From the IMG/VR virus record IMGVR_UViG_3300035210_000191: DNA of 57,676 bases. The stretch is one strand, 5' to 3'. The position numbers and the translations under genes were made by a program. A model generated the notes under the pieces. It was given only the letters and a program-made list of their open reading frames with translations. It did not search any database and was not told the origin of the DNA. How positions within the stretch are numbered: the first letter of the stretch is position 1; each line of letters starts with the position of its first letter. The stretch is from an uncultured virus (IMG/VR IMGVR_UViG_3300035210_000191). Its lineage: Duplodnaviria; Heunggongvirae; Uroviricota; Caudoviricetes. Positions 30,040-38,890 of this stretch are shown piece after piece.

Positions 30040-30852
30040 ATGAAGAAAACAATTTCGTATGCTATGATTTTTTCTGCAATTTTCATGGTCGGCTGTGAAC
30101 AAAAAGAATACCAAACACCCACAGAGCGTGGTGTTTCGAATTCAACACCAACTCAAACACAAACTACAGCTCCTAATAGCCAAGCTTATCAGGCCGTTTC
30201 AGAGACTGCAGAAGATAAAGAATTGAAAGATATGGTTGCTAAAATGAAAGCCCAAGATCCTTCAATTGTTGACGCTTATTACAGTGTTGATGAAGCTGGT
30301 CAAAAGGTGCTTAACCTTGTGAAAGAAGAAGCCGGTGCAGCCGTTGACGCCGCAGGTAATGTGGTTGAACAAGCAACCAGTGGTAGTGGTCTTAGTACCT
30401 TTATGTGGGCTATGGCTGGTGGTTTGACTGCCAGTGCTTTGTTTAATGCATTCAACAAGAACAAAGGTAACATGGCTGCTGTGAATAATCAGTATCGTCC
30501 GATGGATACTAAGCGTGGCACTTATTCATCGTATCAAGCACAAAAGCAATCGGCTGTGAGCAACTACCGTTCTAAGTTCACCCCAGTCAATGGTATGAAC
30601 TCAAATCGTAATGCGTTGGCCCCAGCAAAAGCTCCTGTTCGTCCAACCACACCCGTGACGAATGCACCAACTAATAAATTTACACCCGTAACACCAAACT
30701 CAGCAACAGGTGCCCCGTTGTCTAAGGATGCTTACAGAACTCAGGTTGTAACTAAACCTAAGACCACTAGCTCAAGTTACCAATCAGCACAACCTGCAAA
30801 AAAGACGACTATGTTTAAACGTAGTGGTAGCATTTTCAAAAAACGTCGCTAA
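30040..30852 (+). CDS. lipoprotein with Pro/Thr-rich basic tail
   Basis: lipobox-like FMVGC after a hydrophobic signal. Confidence 0.75.
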   Translation: MKKTISYAMIFSAIFMVGCEQKEYQTPTERGVSNSTPTQTQTTAPNSQAYQAVSETAEDKELKDMVAKMKAQDPSIVDAYYSVDEAGQKVLNLVKEEAGAAVDAAGNVVEQATSGSGLSTFMWAMAGGLTASALFNAFNKNKGNMAAVNNQYRPMDTKRGTYSSYQAQKQSAVSNYRSKFTPVNGMNSNRNALAPAKAPVRPTTPVTNAPTNKFTPVTPNSATGAPLSKDAYRTQVVTKPKTTSSSYQSAQPAKKTTMFKRSGSIFKKRR

Positions 30853-30871
30853 AATGTAAAGATACACGAAT

Positions 30872-30901
30872 AAAGACTTACTTCGGTAGGTCTTTTTTTT
30901 T
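30872..30901 (+). terminator. intrinsic terminator, C(UUCG)G loop
   Basis: AAAGACTTAC-TTCG-GTAGGTCTTT plus T-tract. Confidence 0.85.
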
Positions 30902-30929
30902 GATTTAAAATAAAGAGGATTAATAAATA

Positions 30930-31580
30930 ATGATTAAGCTATTTTCAGTATTATGTATGGCACTACTCCCTACATCAGTCTTTGCTGGTGAATTAGAAGT
31001 GGGTGGAACTGTCCCTACCATTGTTATTAGTGAATACCAGATAGAAACCAGTAAAGAAGCTTTAAAAGAAGTGGCTCAAATGAACTATAAGACTACAACA
31101 AAGAAAAGTATGAAAGAAAACAACTACATTGTGAACAGTGAAGCCATTAGGACTTCCAATATTTTATTAGAAGCCGGTACCGACATCAAAACCGTTCTGG
31201 GTAGGTATGGAAAACTTAATAAGTTTGGACAACCCTTTGTCTATGCGGATATAGAATTGAACAATGGAAGTATGGCAATTACAGCTCATCAAGAGTACAA
31301 GCTATACGAAGACAAAGAGATGATTTTAACATCTCACAATACGGTAGGTGCTTTGTATATTGATAAAAACAAGTTCTTGCTCTATTCCAGTCATAATTTA
31401 AAGACTAACAATAAAGCCTTCACAGGTAAAGATGGTAAGAAGACACCTGCTAGTGAGTTTTCAAAAGATATGGTGTTGACTCAAACCGTTAAGACACCGG
31501 GTCCAAAAATATTGAATATGGTGTTTGAAGATAACTCTCCCAATATTATTCATGTCTTTGTTGCAGACATTGTGTATTGA
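30930..31580 (+). CDS. secreted hypothetical protein
   Basis: signal peptide ending VFA. Confidence 0.7.
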   Translation: MIKLFSVLCMALLPTSVFAGELEVGGTVPTIVISEYQIETSKEALKEVAQMNYKTTTKKSMKENNYIVNSEAIRTSNILLEAGTDIKTVLGRYGKLNKFGQPFVYADIELNNGSMAITAHQEYKLYEDKEMILTSHNTVGALYIDKNKFLLYSSHNLKTNNKAFTGKDGKKTPASEFSKDMVLTQTVKTPGPKILNMVFEDNSPNIIHVFVADIVY

Positions 31581-31618
31581 TACAAAAAAGCCAGAAATCA
31601 TCTGGCTTTTCTTTACTC

Positions 31619-32359
31619 TTATTTTAGATTTAACTTTTTCAACATACATCCATTCGTGTCAAGATATTCAGTGTTATTCTTATAAGTGAATCCATAATTC
31701 TCAAGTAAAGCTATCATATCCTTGATAGTGAGTTCTTCAGTGATCTCATTGAGACTAACTTCAAAATGGTATTCGTCTACTTTGTGAAAATACTCTGGTA
31801 ATATTTCTTCTAGTATATGACTGACCAATAAGTCCGGTTCAGAGTCAACACTGTCATAAAAAATTACACATAATGATTCTTTTCTAAACTCACCTTTTCT
31901 AATCATTGGTGTGTCTAAACCATTTACTATAAACTTAGTCATGTTGCCATATGTTTCATAAGGAAAGTAGAAACAAAACTCATTAGCCACCTTCGTTTTA
32001 TTTTCAGGAGATAGCTTTGCTGTTTCTTTCATAAAAACTGAAAGTGCTTCTTCGTCATCTTCACCCTCATCTTCTTCAAGTTTTTTAATGTACTTTTTAA
32101 GAAATCTTTTCGCATTAAAGTCTTGTACACTTTCTGATTTAACTGGTTTCGTAATAATTTCATCAGCATTGATGACTGAAAGATCCCCATTTTTGTTTTC
32201 TATGATAAAACAGTTATCATACCCTTCAATAGAGAACTCACGAATGACATCACCATTGATATCTTTATACTTCTTTTCTCGCTTAATTTTAACTGTTGAA
32301 GTCAATCCACGTTGTTCTTTAATAAAGTTTTTGCAATCTTCTGTAGTCACCTTACTCAT
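31619..32359 (-). CDS. MSK(I/V)-family acidic protein
   Basis: MSKVTTEDCK; paralog of the next two genes. Confidence 0.8.
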   Translation of the reverse strand: MSKVTTEDCKNFIKEQRGLTSTVKIKREKKYKDINGDVIREFSIEGYDNCFIIENKNGDLSVINADEIITKPVKSESVQDFNAKRFLKKYIKKLEEDEGEDDEEALSVFMKETAKLSPENKTKVANEFCFYFPYETYGNMTKFIVNGLDTPMIRKGEFRKESLCVIFYDSVDSEPDLLVSHILEEILPEYFHKVDEYHFEVSLNEITEELTIKDMIALLENYGFTYKNNTEYLDTNGCMLKKLNLK

Positions 32360-32426
32360 ATAGTGCCTCCTATTTTATTGTTTATAAGTATAGAGCAAAT
32401 AAAAAGCCAGTGTTAACTGACACATC

Positions 32427-33146
32427 TTACTTTAGTTTCAATTTTGCCAACATGCACTCATTATCTTCCCAGTCAGCCTCATTTTTATATTTAAATCCTA
32501 AATCTTCCAAAATTTTAATCATGTCTCGAATACTTATCTTTTTAGTTGCACTGGTTTCTTTTAACTGATAATGGTATTCGTCCATTTTGTCTAGATAGGT
32601 TGGTATCATATCCATTAAAATATCACTGACGTATAAATCTGGATCGGAGTTAAAGCAATCCATAAATATGAAACAAAATGATTCTAGCTCACCACTGGCG
32701 TTTGTAATCATCAGCGTGTCTAACCCATTCGTAACATAATTGAGTTCGTTATAATACGTTTCATCAGGAAAAAAGAAGGTGAATTGATTAGCGACTTGAA
32801 ATTTTTGTTCTTTTGTTAATGCATTGGTCGCTTTAATAAAGTCATCCATTGAATCACCATTATTATAGTTTTCTAATGATTTGATACCTTTTTTTAGAAA
32901 TTTTTTGGCATCAAACTCTTTGGTTTCAGATTTAGACTTCTCAACTACATCAGCTTCATTTACCACGGAGAGATGACCTAAGATATCTTCTTTGATTAGA
33001 CACGTTTCATCATTAAATTTAAAAACACGAATAACATTGCCATTGACATCTTTATATTTTCGATCTCGCTTGATGTTGACAGTAGATGTCAATCCAAAGC
33101 GATCTTTAATGTAATTTTTGCAATCTTCTGTAGTAATTTTACTCAT
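32427..33146 (-). CDS. MSK(I/V)-family acidic protein
   Basis: start MSKITTEDCK. Confidence 0.8.
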   Translation of the reverse strand: MSKITTEDCKNYIKDRFGLTSTVNIKRDRKYKDVNGNVIRVFKFNDETCLIKEDILGHLSVVNEADVVEKSKSETKEFDAKKFLKKGIKSLENYNNGDSMDDFIKATNALTKEQKFQVANQFTFFFPDETYYNELNYVTNGLDTLMITNASGELESFCFIFMDCFNSDPDLYVSDILMDMIPTYLDKMDEYHYQLKETSATKKISIRDMIKILEDLGFKYKNEADWEDNECMLAKLKLK

Positions 33147-33178
33147 ATTATTTTTCCTACTGGTTAGTGTATGGTTGG

Positions 33179-33898
33179 TTATTTTAAATTGAGGTGTTTG
33201 AGCATACAATCATCTTCGTCACCATAAAACTCAGGGCAACTTTTATATGAAAAACCAAGGCTATCAAATAATGTTATGACATCATTGATTGTCATGTCCT
33301 TATTTTGTTTATTGGGTGTCATTTCAAAAATATTTTCATCGACTTTTTCAAAAAACTTAGGGATGATAACTCTCACAATTTCATCAAGATAGAGTTCAGG
33401 ATCAGATTTTAAGCTGTTATGGAAGAAAATCCCATAACACTGTGTGCCATATTTTCCAGATCTAAACATGGGTGTATCTAGGCCGTTTGTGACAGAATCC
33501 ATATCGTTTTCGTAAACCAAAGGGAAGCAGTAGTAAAATTCGTTAGCTATTTTAACTTTGTCTTCTTTTGACAAACGTTCACCTTCTGCTATAAATTCGT
33601 CCATACTTTCAATCCCATCGTCTTCATCATCACTAAATTTTTTAAGATATTTTCTGAGGAATGCTTTGGCATTAAAGAGTTTTTCTTTTTGATCTATCAT
33701 GTCTTCACTGACCAGTGATAACTGACCTTGATTGTCTTCTTTAATAAGATAGATATCAGTCTCGTTTATTTTAAAAACACGAATGACATCGCCATTGGCA
33801 TCTTTATATTTTCTATCTCGTTTGATATTGACTGTTGTAGTTAAGCCAAAGTGTTGTTTAATGAAATTTTTGCAATCTTCTGTAGTAATTTTACTCAT
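33179..33898 (-). CDS. MSK(I/V)-family acidic protein
   Basis: GGAG RBS, start MSKITTEDCK. Confidence 0.8.
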   Translation of the reverse strand: MSKITTEDCKNFIKQHFGLTTTVNIKRDRKYKDANGDVIRVFKINETDIYLIKEDNQGQLSLVSEDMIDQKEKLFNAKAFLRKYLKKFSDDEDDGIESMDEFIAEGERLSKEDKVKIANEFYYCFPLVYENDMDSVTNGLDTPMFRSGKYGTQCYGIFFHNSLKSDPELYLDEIVRVIIPKFFEKVDENIFEMTPNKQNKDMTINDVITLFDSLGFSYKSCPEFYGDEDDCMLKHLNLK

Positions 33899-34023
33899 GT
33901 ATTGACTCCAATTTATCAACTATCATAGCATAAAACACCACTTTTTGTCAAAATTTAATTTTATTATTTTTGTTGATGAAATTTCTATTTTGTGTTATTA
34001 TTCAATATATTTTGGAGATTATT

Positions 34024-34818
34024 ATGATATTTAAAGACGTTGAACGAGAGCTGACTCAGCTTTTTTCTACCAAATTTCCAGACGTTAATGTTAAATTATC
34101 TAAAGTTGACTCTGATATTGATGATGCCATTATGTTTAAATCCTCTTTTGATGATGGAAATAAATTTATAGGTTTTAAAATTCGTGACAATTCTATTATG
34201 GAAATCAAAGCAAGTCATAGACATTTAGAAAATGCTCATAAATTATTTTCTCTTAATAAGGTTAAAGTGGATGCTTTTAATATCATTCCAGTCTTTTTTA
34301 ATCTCCTGACAACAAACTCTAATTTTAATAGGTCTTTTACATTCCTAAACAACATGAATCAAAAAAAAATATTTCGTTTCTATAAAAGTGGGATGAATTA
34401 CATATTGCCACATATCACAGAAGATCAAGGTTTTTTTCGATTAACAAGTATCTTGGCAGAGTCTTTTTGCCAATTTTATCTTGAAAATTCTTTTAAATTA
34501 TCTCGTAATGGTAAATTTTTACCCATTCCAATGATTCGAATTTTTGGAGAGCAAAACGATGAGCAAGTTTTTGCCTTTAATCTCTATGATCAACAAGTCT
34601 ACAAGGTAAAAAAGAAATTGTTCTACTTTGAAGATTTTTTTGAATCCGCTGAATTGTTTGATGTTAACTATCATGGTGATATTTTAGTTGATGAACACCT
34701 TGATCATTATGTTATCAATGGATTGATAGATGACAAAACTATTAGAGAATCACTTATTGTTCTTCCAAGAGATCAATTGAAGAATAAAATTGATTTAATC
34801 TCAATGTACCTTATTTGA
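34024..34818 (+). CDS. hypothetical protein, paralog of 35750
   Basis: shared YLEN.FK, VFAFN, YHGDI, IRESLIVLPRD; ends LISMYLI. Confidence 0.78.
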   Translation: MIFKDVERELTQLFSTKFPDVNVKLSKVDSDIDDAIMFKSSFDDGNKFIGFKIRDNSIMEIKASHRHLENAHKLFSLNKVKVDAFNIIPVFFNLLTTNSNFNRSFTFLNNMNQKKIFRFYKSGMNYILPHITEDQGFFRLTSILAESFCQFYLENSFKLSRNGKFLPIPMIRIFGEQNDEQVFAFNLYDQQVYKVKKKLFYFEDFFESAELFDVNYHGDILVDEHLDHYVINGLIDDKTIRESLIVLPRDQLKNKIDLISMYLI

Positions 34819-34885
34819 TATAATTGTAATCTTGAAATATTTTTTCATCATGATAACCTTATATAATCAATAAAGGTATTATATT

Positions 34886-35686
34886 ATGGGCGGAATGGTA
34901 GCAGTGTTAGCAAGATTTAAAGACAACACAAAAATGTCATTTAGGATATCAACTGGGTGTTTGACGCCTTTTCATGATTTAAGATTGCTTGATGAGGATT
35001 ACTTTAAAGCCTTCGTTAAAAAAGAAGAATATTATATTGAAGACGCGGTAGCAGATTATGAACAGGAAGATTATTATAATGCTCGATGTTTTTTTGCACC
35101 CTATGATTATGGACTTCTCTTTTTTGATTTTAAAGAAAAACACATTTGGTCGAGTAATAACTATAATGGATTCTTTTCATTAAGCAGTTGGCAAGTTAAA
35201 TCTCAATATAAAGAAATTGCCGATATTTTATCTTATGGAACACAAACAAAAGAAACGTTAACTATTACTGAGCAAGATTATGTTAATGGTGAATTTATCA
35301 CAAGAAGGGAATATCATTTCCTTGAAGATTACTCACAAGAATTTAGTTCAATTTTCTATATGCAACAAGTCTTAGATAAAAAAGGAACCTTTACTTACAA
35401 AGGAAATCCATTACCAGATGAAATCACTGACATCTATTCTCTATTGGCTTATATTAATGGCGAAGATCTCTTGTTAGAAGAAAATTTAAAAAGAGATCGA
35501 GTTAAGAACAGAACTAGATTCCTTCGCAGTGATACGTGTGATTTAGATGCAGTTCTCCCTGATTGGACTATTTACAATGGTGATGGGAATGTTTCCTATA
35601 TACAACCCATATTTGATTATGTGGTTAAACACAATATCCTTAATGAACGCGATTTAAAATACTGGAACCAATACTTAAATGATTAA
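34886..35686 (+). CDS. hypothetical protein, divergent MGG family
   Basis: MGGMVAVLAR; APYDYGLLFFDFKE. Confidence 0.75.
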   Translation: MGGMVAVLARFKDNTKMSFRISTGCLTPFHDLRLLDEDYFKAFVKKEEYYIEDAVADYEQEDYYNARCFFAPYDYGLLFFDFKEKHIWSSNNYNGFFSLSSWQVKSQYKEIADILSYGTQTKETLTITEQDYVNGEFITRREYHFLEDYSQEFSSIFYMQQVLDKKGTFTYKGNPLPDEITDIYSLLAYINGEDLLLEENLKRDRVKNRTRFLRSDTCDLDAVLPDWTIYNGDGNVSYIQPIFDYVVKHNILNERDLKYWNQYLND

Positions 35687-35749
35687 TCTTTCATTTTAAT
35701 TGAAATCATAGGCACTTTATGCTATAATCTAGCAAATTATGGAGTATCT

Positions 35750-36535
35750 ATGAACGACGATAAGATTCCACAACCCATTGCTGACTTATTTGCTTCTCGT
35801 TATCCGAAAAGCAAATTTGAGTCCACATCTATCAATGATATTATCATTTTCAAATCGACATTTGATAAAGAAAAACAATTTGTTGACTTTATTTTTAAGA
35901 AAAATTCAATTACTACCATAAAAACCAATAATAAATACCTTCCAGAAGTTAAAAAGCTTTTGTCTATTAATAAGATGAAACGTAGTGACTTTAAGATTGT
36001 AGACGATTTTTTTACTCTCATAAATTCAAACAGCAATTTTGATAAAATTTTTTATATGGAGAACAAAATTCTTCCTACTGAAATTTGTTCGTTCAAACGT
36101 GACGGCACGTCTGCTTTTACATTACCTTTTATTGCGAACACACATTCTCGCACTTATCTTATCACTAAGATAAGCAAAAGTTATTTTATGTATTACTTAG
36201 AGAATCACTTTAAGATGACGAAAGATGGCACCATCTTAATTGTTCCTATAATCACCTTGTTTGAGCATCAGAAAAATGAGCATGTATTTGCCTTTAACAT
36301 TTATGATCAGACTATTCATCGCATTCGAAATGAAGAATTTTACTTTGAAGACTTATTTGAAAACAATGAGCCTTTCAATCCAGAATATCATGGTGATATT
36401 TTTGTCGATGAATATATTGATAACTACATTCTTAACACCCTTGACGATGATGACGAAATCAGAGAATCCCTTATTGTATTGCCAAGAGATCGTTTGAGCG
36501 AAAAAGTAGACATTCTTTCTATGTATCTGATCTAA
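35750..36535 (+). CDS. hypothetical protein, paralog of 34024
   Basis: GGAG RBS; ends ILSMYLI. Confidence 0.78.
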   Translation: MNDDKIPQPIADLFASRYPKSKFESTSINDIIIFKSTFDKEKQFVDFIFKKNSITTIKTNNKYLPEVKKLLSINKMKRSDFKIVDDFFTLINSNSNFDKIFYMENKILPTEICSFKRDGTSAFTLPFIANTHSRTYLITKISKSYFMYYLENHFKMTKDGTILIVPIITLFEHQKNEHVFAFNIYDQTIHRIRNEEFYFEDLFENNEPFNPEYHGDIFVDEYIDNYILNTLDDDDEIRESLIVLPRDRLSEKVDILSMYLI

Positions 36536-36614
36536 ACATGTCGCCTATAATTTAAATTGACAAAAATTGTAACATGATATACTATTGCATAAATTTTATT
36601 ACAGGAGAATTATT

Positions 36615-36842
36615 ATGTTTTATGTCTATCATGGCTATGTTTCACCCGACAACTACGATTCAAGCGAACGTCCTACTTATCAACTTAGTTCTTTTCATAC
36701 CGAAGATGAAGTCATAGCATTTAAAGAAGAGTTTGAAGCTGAACTTCATGATGAATGTATGAAACCTATTTTTAGAGTCATCACAGGTAGAGAAATGTCA
36801 TTGAAACCCGTAGAAACCGTCACTACTTGGAAACTATCATAA
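36615..36842 (+). CDS. small hypothetical protein
   Basis: AGGAG RBS, TTGACA promoter at 36557. Confidence 0.7.
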   Translation: MFYVYHGYVSPDNYDSSERPTYQLSSFHTEDEVIAFKEEFEAELHDECMKPIFRVITGREMSLKPVETVTTWKLS

Positions 36843-36856
36843 CTTAGGAGTTATCT

Positions 36857-37705
36857 ATGCACTATATTAAGTATGTATTAAGCTTTATCTTATTACTGGT
36901 ATTGGCTGGTTGTAATGATACACCTGATGACGTTCGGCCAACAGCAGATGCAAAAGTCTATTTTGATCAACAACTGAAAACTACTCTGGCTGCTGCAAAG
37001 TCAAAAGAAGACCCTTTTGAAGCTTATCAACTATTGTTAAGGGCTTATTATGGTCTAGGTAATGATAAGGAAAAACTACTCTATAAAGATGACACTAGAA
37101 AGTTATATATTGCTCAATCTGGATTTGTTGTGAACGGCGGTTCAGCACTAGATAATAAACAAGAAGCGATTAATAATATGTATGTTTATTTAGAGTCTGC
37201 TTTGAAAAATGGTAATAAAAAAGCTTTTCTAGAATTATATGAAGGCGAACAATCAGAACCAGCTAACTTTGGTAATGATATGACAATGAGGCTTAAATCT
37301 GATCAATTGCAAACTAAATTCAGCGAAGCTTATAAAAATTTAGTTGAAACACTTTCAGTAGGTGATCCTATTGATAATGCTCTGATTACAAGCTATGCAA
37401 GCCAACTTAAAAATGGTGAGTTCTATCAAAAGAATACAGCTAAGTCAGTTGAATACTATCTCAAACTCTACCCAGTTGATAAAGTTGTTCCTTTATACTT
37501 GATTGGTGTCTATTTGGATATCAATGATTATGAGAATGCTTATTTCTGGAAAGTTCGTTGTATTGATGCCTGTGATGCTAGATATAAGAAAATTAGTATT
37601 GTTAGTCGAAATCTACCTGACTTATTCAGAAAACAGCTAACCAGTGATCAATTTAAAGCTATCGAAGAAGCTTCCAATGATCCAACAAGAACAAGTTTTA
37701 AATAA
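36857..37705 (+). CDS. lipoprotein, possibly Sel1/TPR-like helical
   Basis: lipobox LAGC; YENAYFW motif. Confidence 0.75.
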   Translation: MHYIKYVLSFILLLVLAGCNDTPDDVRPTADAKVYFDQQLKTTLAAAKSKEDPFEAYQLLLRAYYGLGNDKEKLLYKDDTRKLYIAQSGFVVNGGSALDNKQEAINNMYVYLESALKNGNKKAFLELYEGEQSEPANFGNDMTMRLKSDQLQTKFSEAYKNLVETLSVGDPIDNALITSYASQLKNGEFYQKNTAKSVEYYLKLYPVDKVVPLYLIGVYLDINDYENAYFWKVRCIDACDARYKKISIVSRNLPDLFRKQLTSDQFKAIEEASNDPTRTSFK

Positions 37706-37718
37706 TCTAACATACCGC

Positions 37719-37747
37719 TTGAATTTTTTTAAGCGGGCTGCTATAAT
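37719..37747 (+). promoter_or_regulatory. sigma70 promoter for the Ser/Tyr leader
   Basis: TTGAAT-17-TATAAT; overlaps CCGCTT..AAGCGG inverted repeat. Confidence 0.7.
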
Positions 37748-37781
37748 GGATACTATTATTTACTTTGTGGAGAAATACAAA

Positions 37782-37832
37782 ATGAAACCTACATTTGCTG
37801 TATCCTATTATTATTCATCATATTCTAGTTAA
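37782..37832 (+). CDS. putative attenuator leader peptide MKPTFAVSYYYSSYSS
   Basis: GGAG RBS at 37769; last 9 codons all Ser or Tyr. Confidence 0.7.
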   Translation: MKPTFAVSYYYSSYSS

Positions 37833-37921
37833 CTGACCAGAGTAGAGGTCAGTTATGGCCTCGAATTCTTGGATAGTAATTATCTTAGACCCTTTGAAGG
37901 CCACCTTCAGAGGGTTTTTTT
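37830..37921 (+). promoter_or_regulatory. attenuator-like RNA structures ending in an intrinsic terminator
   Basis: TAACTGACC/GGTCAGTTA stem (37830-37855); TGGCCTCGAA/TTTGAAGGCCA alternative pairing; terminator ACCCTTTGAAGG-CCA-CCTTCAGAGGGT-T6 (37889-37921). Confidence 0.65.
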
Positions 37922-37961
37922 ATGTCCATAGTGGCAGGGTTAAGTTCAACCTAAAACAATG

Positions 37962-37974
37962 TAAGTTGTTGATT
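37962..37974. promoter_or_regulatory. IHF-consensus site
   Basis: TAAGTTGTTGATT matches the reverse complement of WATCAANNNNTTR. Confidence 0.4.
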
Positions 37975-38011
37975 TAAAAAGAAAATAGTTTAAAATAATT
38001 TAAAATAGTTG

Positions 38012-38040
38012 TTGACAAAGACGAAAGAAGTTGATAGAAT
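38012..38040 (+). promoter_or_regulatory. strong sigma70 promoter of the tRNA array
   Basis: TTGACA-17-TAGAAT with AT-rich UP-like region. Confidence 0.8.
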
Positions 38041-38092
38041 GTTAAACATGAAGAGTTGAGAAGAAAAACGAAAAACTCTTAGTAACACAAAT

Positions 38093-38180
38093 GGAAGATT
38101 GGTCGAGTGGCCGATGGCGTCAGTCTTGAAAACTGAAGGGTGTAACAGCTCCGTGAGTTCGAATCTCACATCTTCCTCCA
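38093..38180 (+). tRNA. tRNA-Ser(UGA), U73 discriminator
   Basis: cloverleaf, TCAGT-CT-TGA-AA-ACTGA, long variable arm, encoded CCA. Confidence 0.93.
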
Positions 38181-38202
38181 AATTTAGTTTCAAAAGTATC
38201 AT

Positions 38203-38286
38203 GGTTAGTTGGCAGAGTGGACGATTGCGGGGGACTGTAAATCCCTTCCGAAAGGCACGGTGGTTCGAATCCATCACTAACCACCA
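38203..38286 (+). tRNA. tRNA-Tyr(GUA)
   Basis: GGGGA-CT-GTA-AA-TCCCT, TTCGAAT loop, ACCA end. Confidence 0.93.
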
Positions 38287-38308
38287 AATTAGTTGTAAAC
38301 TGTTTTAT

Positions 38309-38392
38309 GGGAGTTTCGCATAGTGGCCGATTGCACGGGACTGTAAATCCTGCTCGAAAGACTCGGTGGTTCGAATCCATCAACTCCCACCA
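38309..38392 (+). tRNA. tRNA-Tyr(GUA)
   Basis: CGGGA-CT-GTA-AA-TCCTG, ACCA end. Confidence 0.93.
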
Positions 38393-38420
38393 AATTTAGA
38401 TGTAATCGTAAGAACAATAT

Positions 38421-38509
38421 GGACGCATTTCCTGTCATCCGCCTGTAAAGCGGACGCCTTTATAAGACAGGTCGGTTGGCGAGAGGTTCGAATCCTTGTG
38501 CGTTCACCA
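38421..38509 (+). ncRNA. non-canonical tRNA-Tyr(GUA)-like RNA lacking a D-arm, predicted pseudoknot
   Basis: acceptor GGACGCA/TGCGTTC-ACCA, anticodon arm TCCGC-CT-GTA-AA-GCGGA, T-loop TTCGAAT; CCTGTC complementary to GACAGG. Confidence 0.75.
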
Positions 38510-38531
38510 AATTAGTTGTAAAACCGTATAT

Positions 38532-38619
38532 GGAAGCTTGGCCGAGTGGTTTAAGGCAACAGTCTTGAAAACTGTCGGGTGTAATAGCCCCGTGAGTTCG
38601 AATCCCACAGCTTCCGCCA
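38532..38619 (+). tRNA. tRNA-Ser(UGA)
   Basis: ACAGT-CT-TGA-AA-ACTGT, GCCA end. Confidence 0.95.
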
Positions 38620-38642
38620 GATTAGATACAATGTTTTATTAT

Positions 38643-38726
38643 GGGTGTTTCGCATAGAGGCCGATTGCGGCTGGCTGTAAACCAGCATCGAAAGACACGG
38701 TGGTTCGAATCCATCAACACCCACCA
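38643..38726 (+). tRNA. tRNA-Tyr(GUA)
   Basis: GCTGG-CT-GTA-AA-CCAGC, ACCA end. Confidence 0.93.
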
Positions 38727-38739
38727 AATTTATATTTAT

Positions 38740-38792
38740 GGAGAGTATGGGGCTGTTGTTATCTCGTAACAATGGTTAACCGCTATCCACCA
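38740..38792 (+). ncRNA. CCA-ended mini-hairpin tRNA-like RNA 1
   Basis: GGAGAGT/GCTATCC acceptor-like stem, internal 10-bp hairpin, ACCA end. Confidence 0.6.
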
Positions 38793-38796
38793 ACAT

Positions 38797-38884
38797 GGAA
38801 GCGTGGCCGAGTGGTTTAAGGCAACAGTCTTGAAAACTGTCGGGTGTAACAGCCCCGTGAGTTCGAATCTCACCGCTTCCGCCA
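38797..38884 (+). tRNA. tRNA-Ser(UGA)
   Basis: near-identical to the 38532 copy, GCCA end. Confidence 0.95.
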
Positions 38885-38890
38885 AATTAT

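Noticed and set aside
37644..37781. Longer 62-aa version of the leader ORF (37644..37832)
   Set aside because: Its 5' part overlaps the upstream gene and a promoter; the RBS supports a start at 37782.
38455..38481. Insert in the atypical tRNA interpreted as an intron
   Set aside because: Too short for a self-splicing intron, and removing it would not restore a D-arm.
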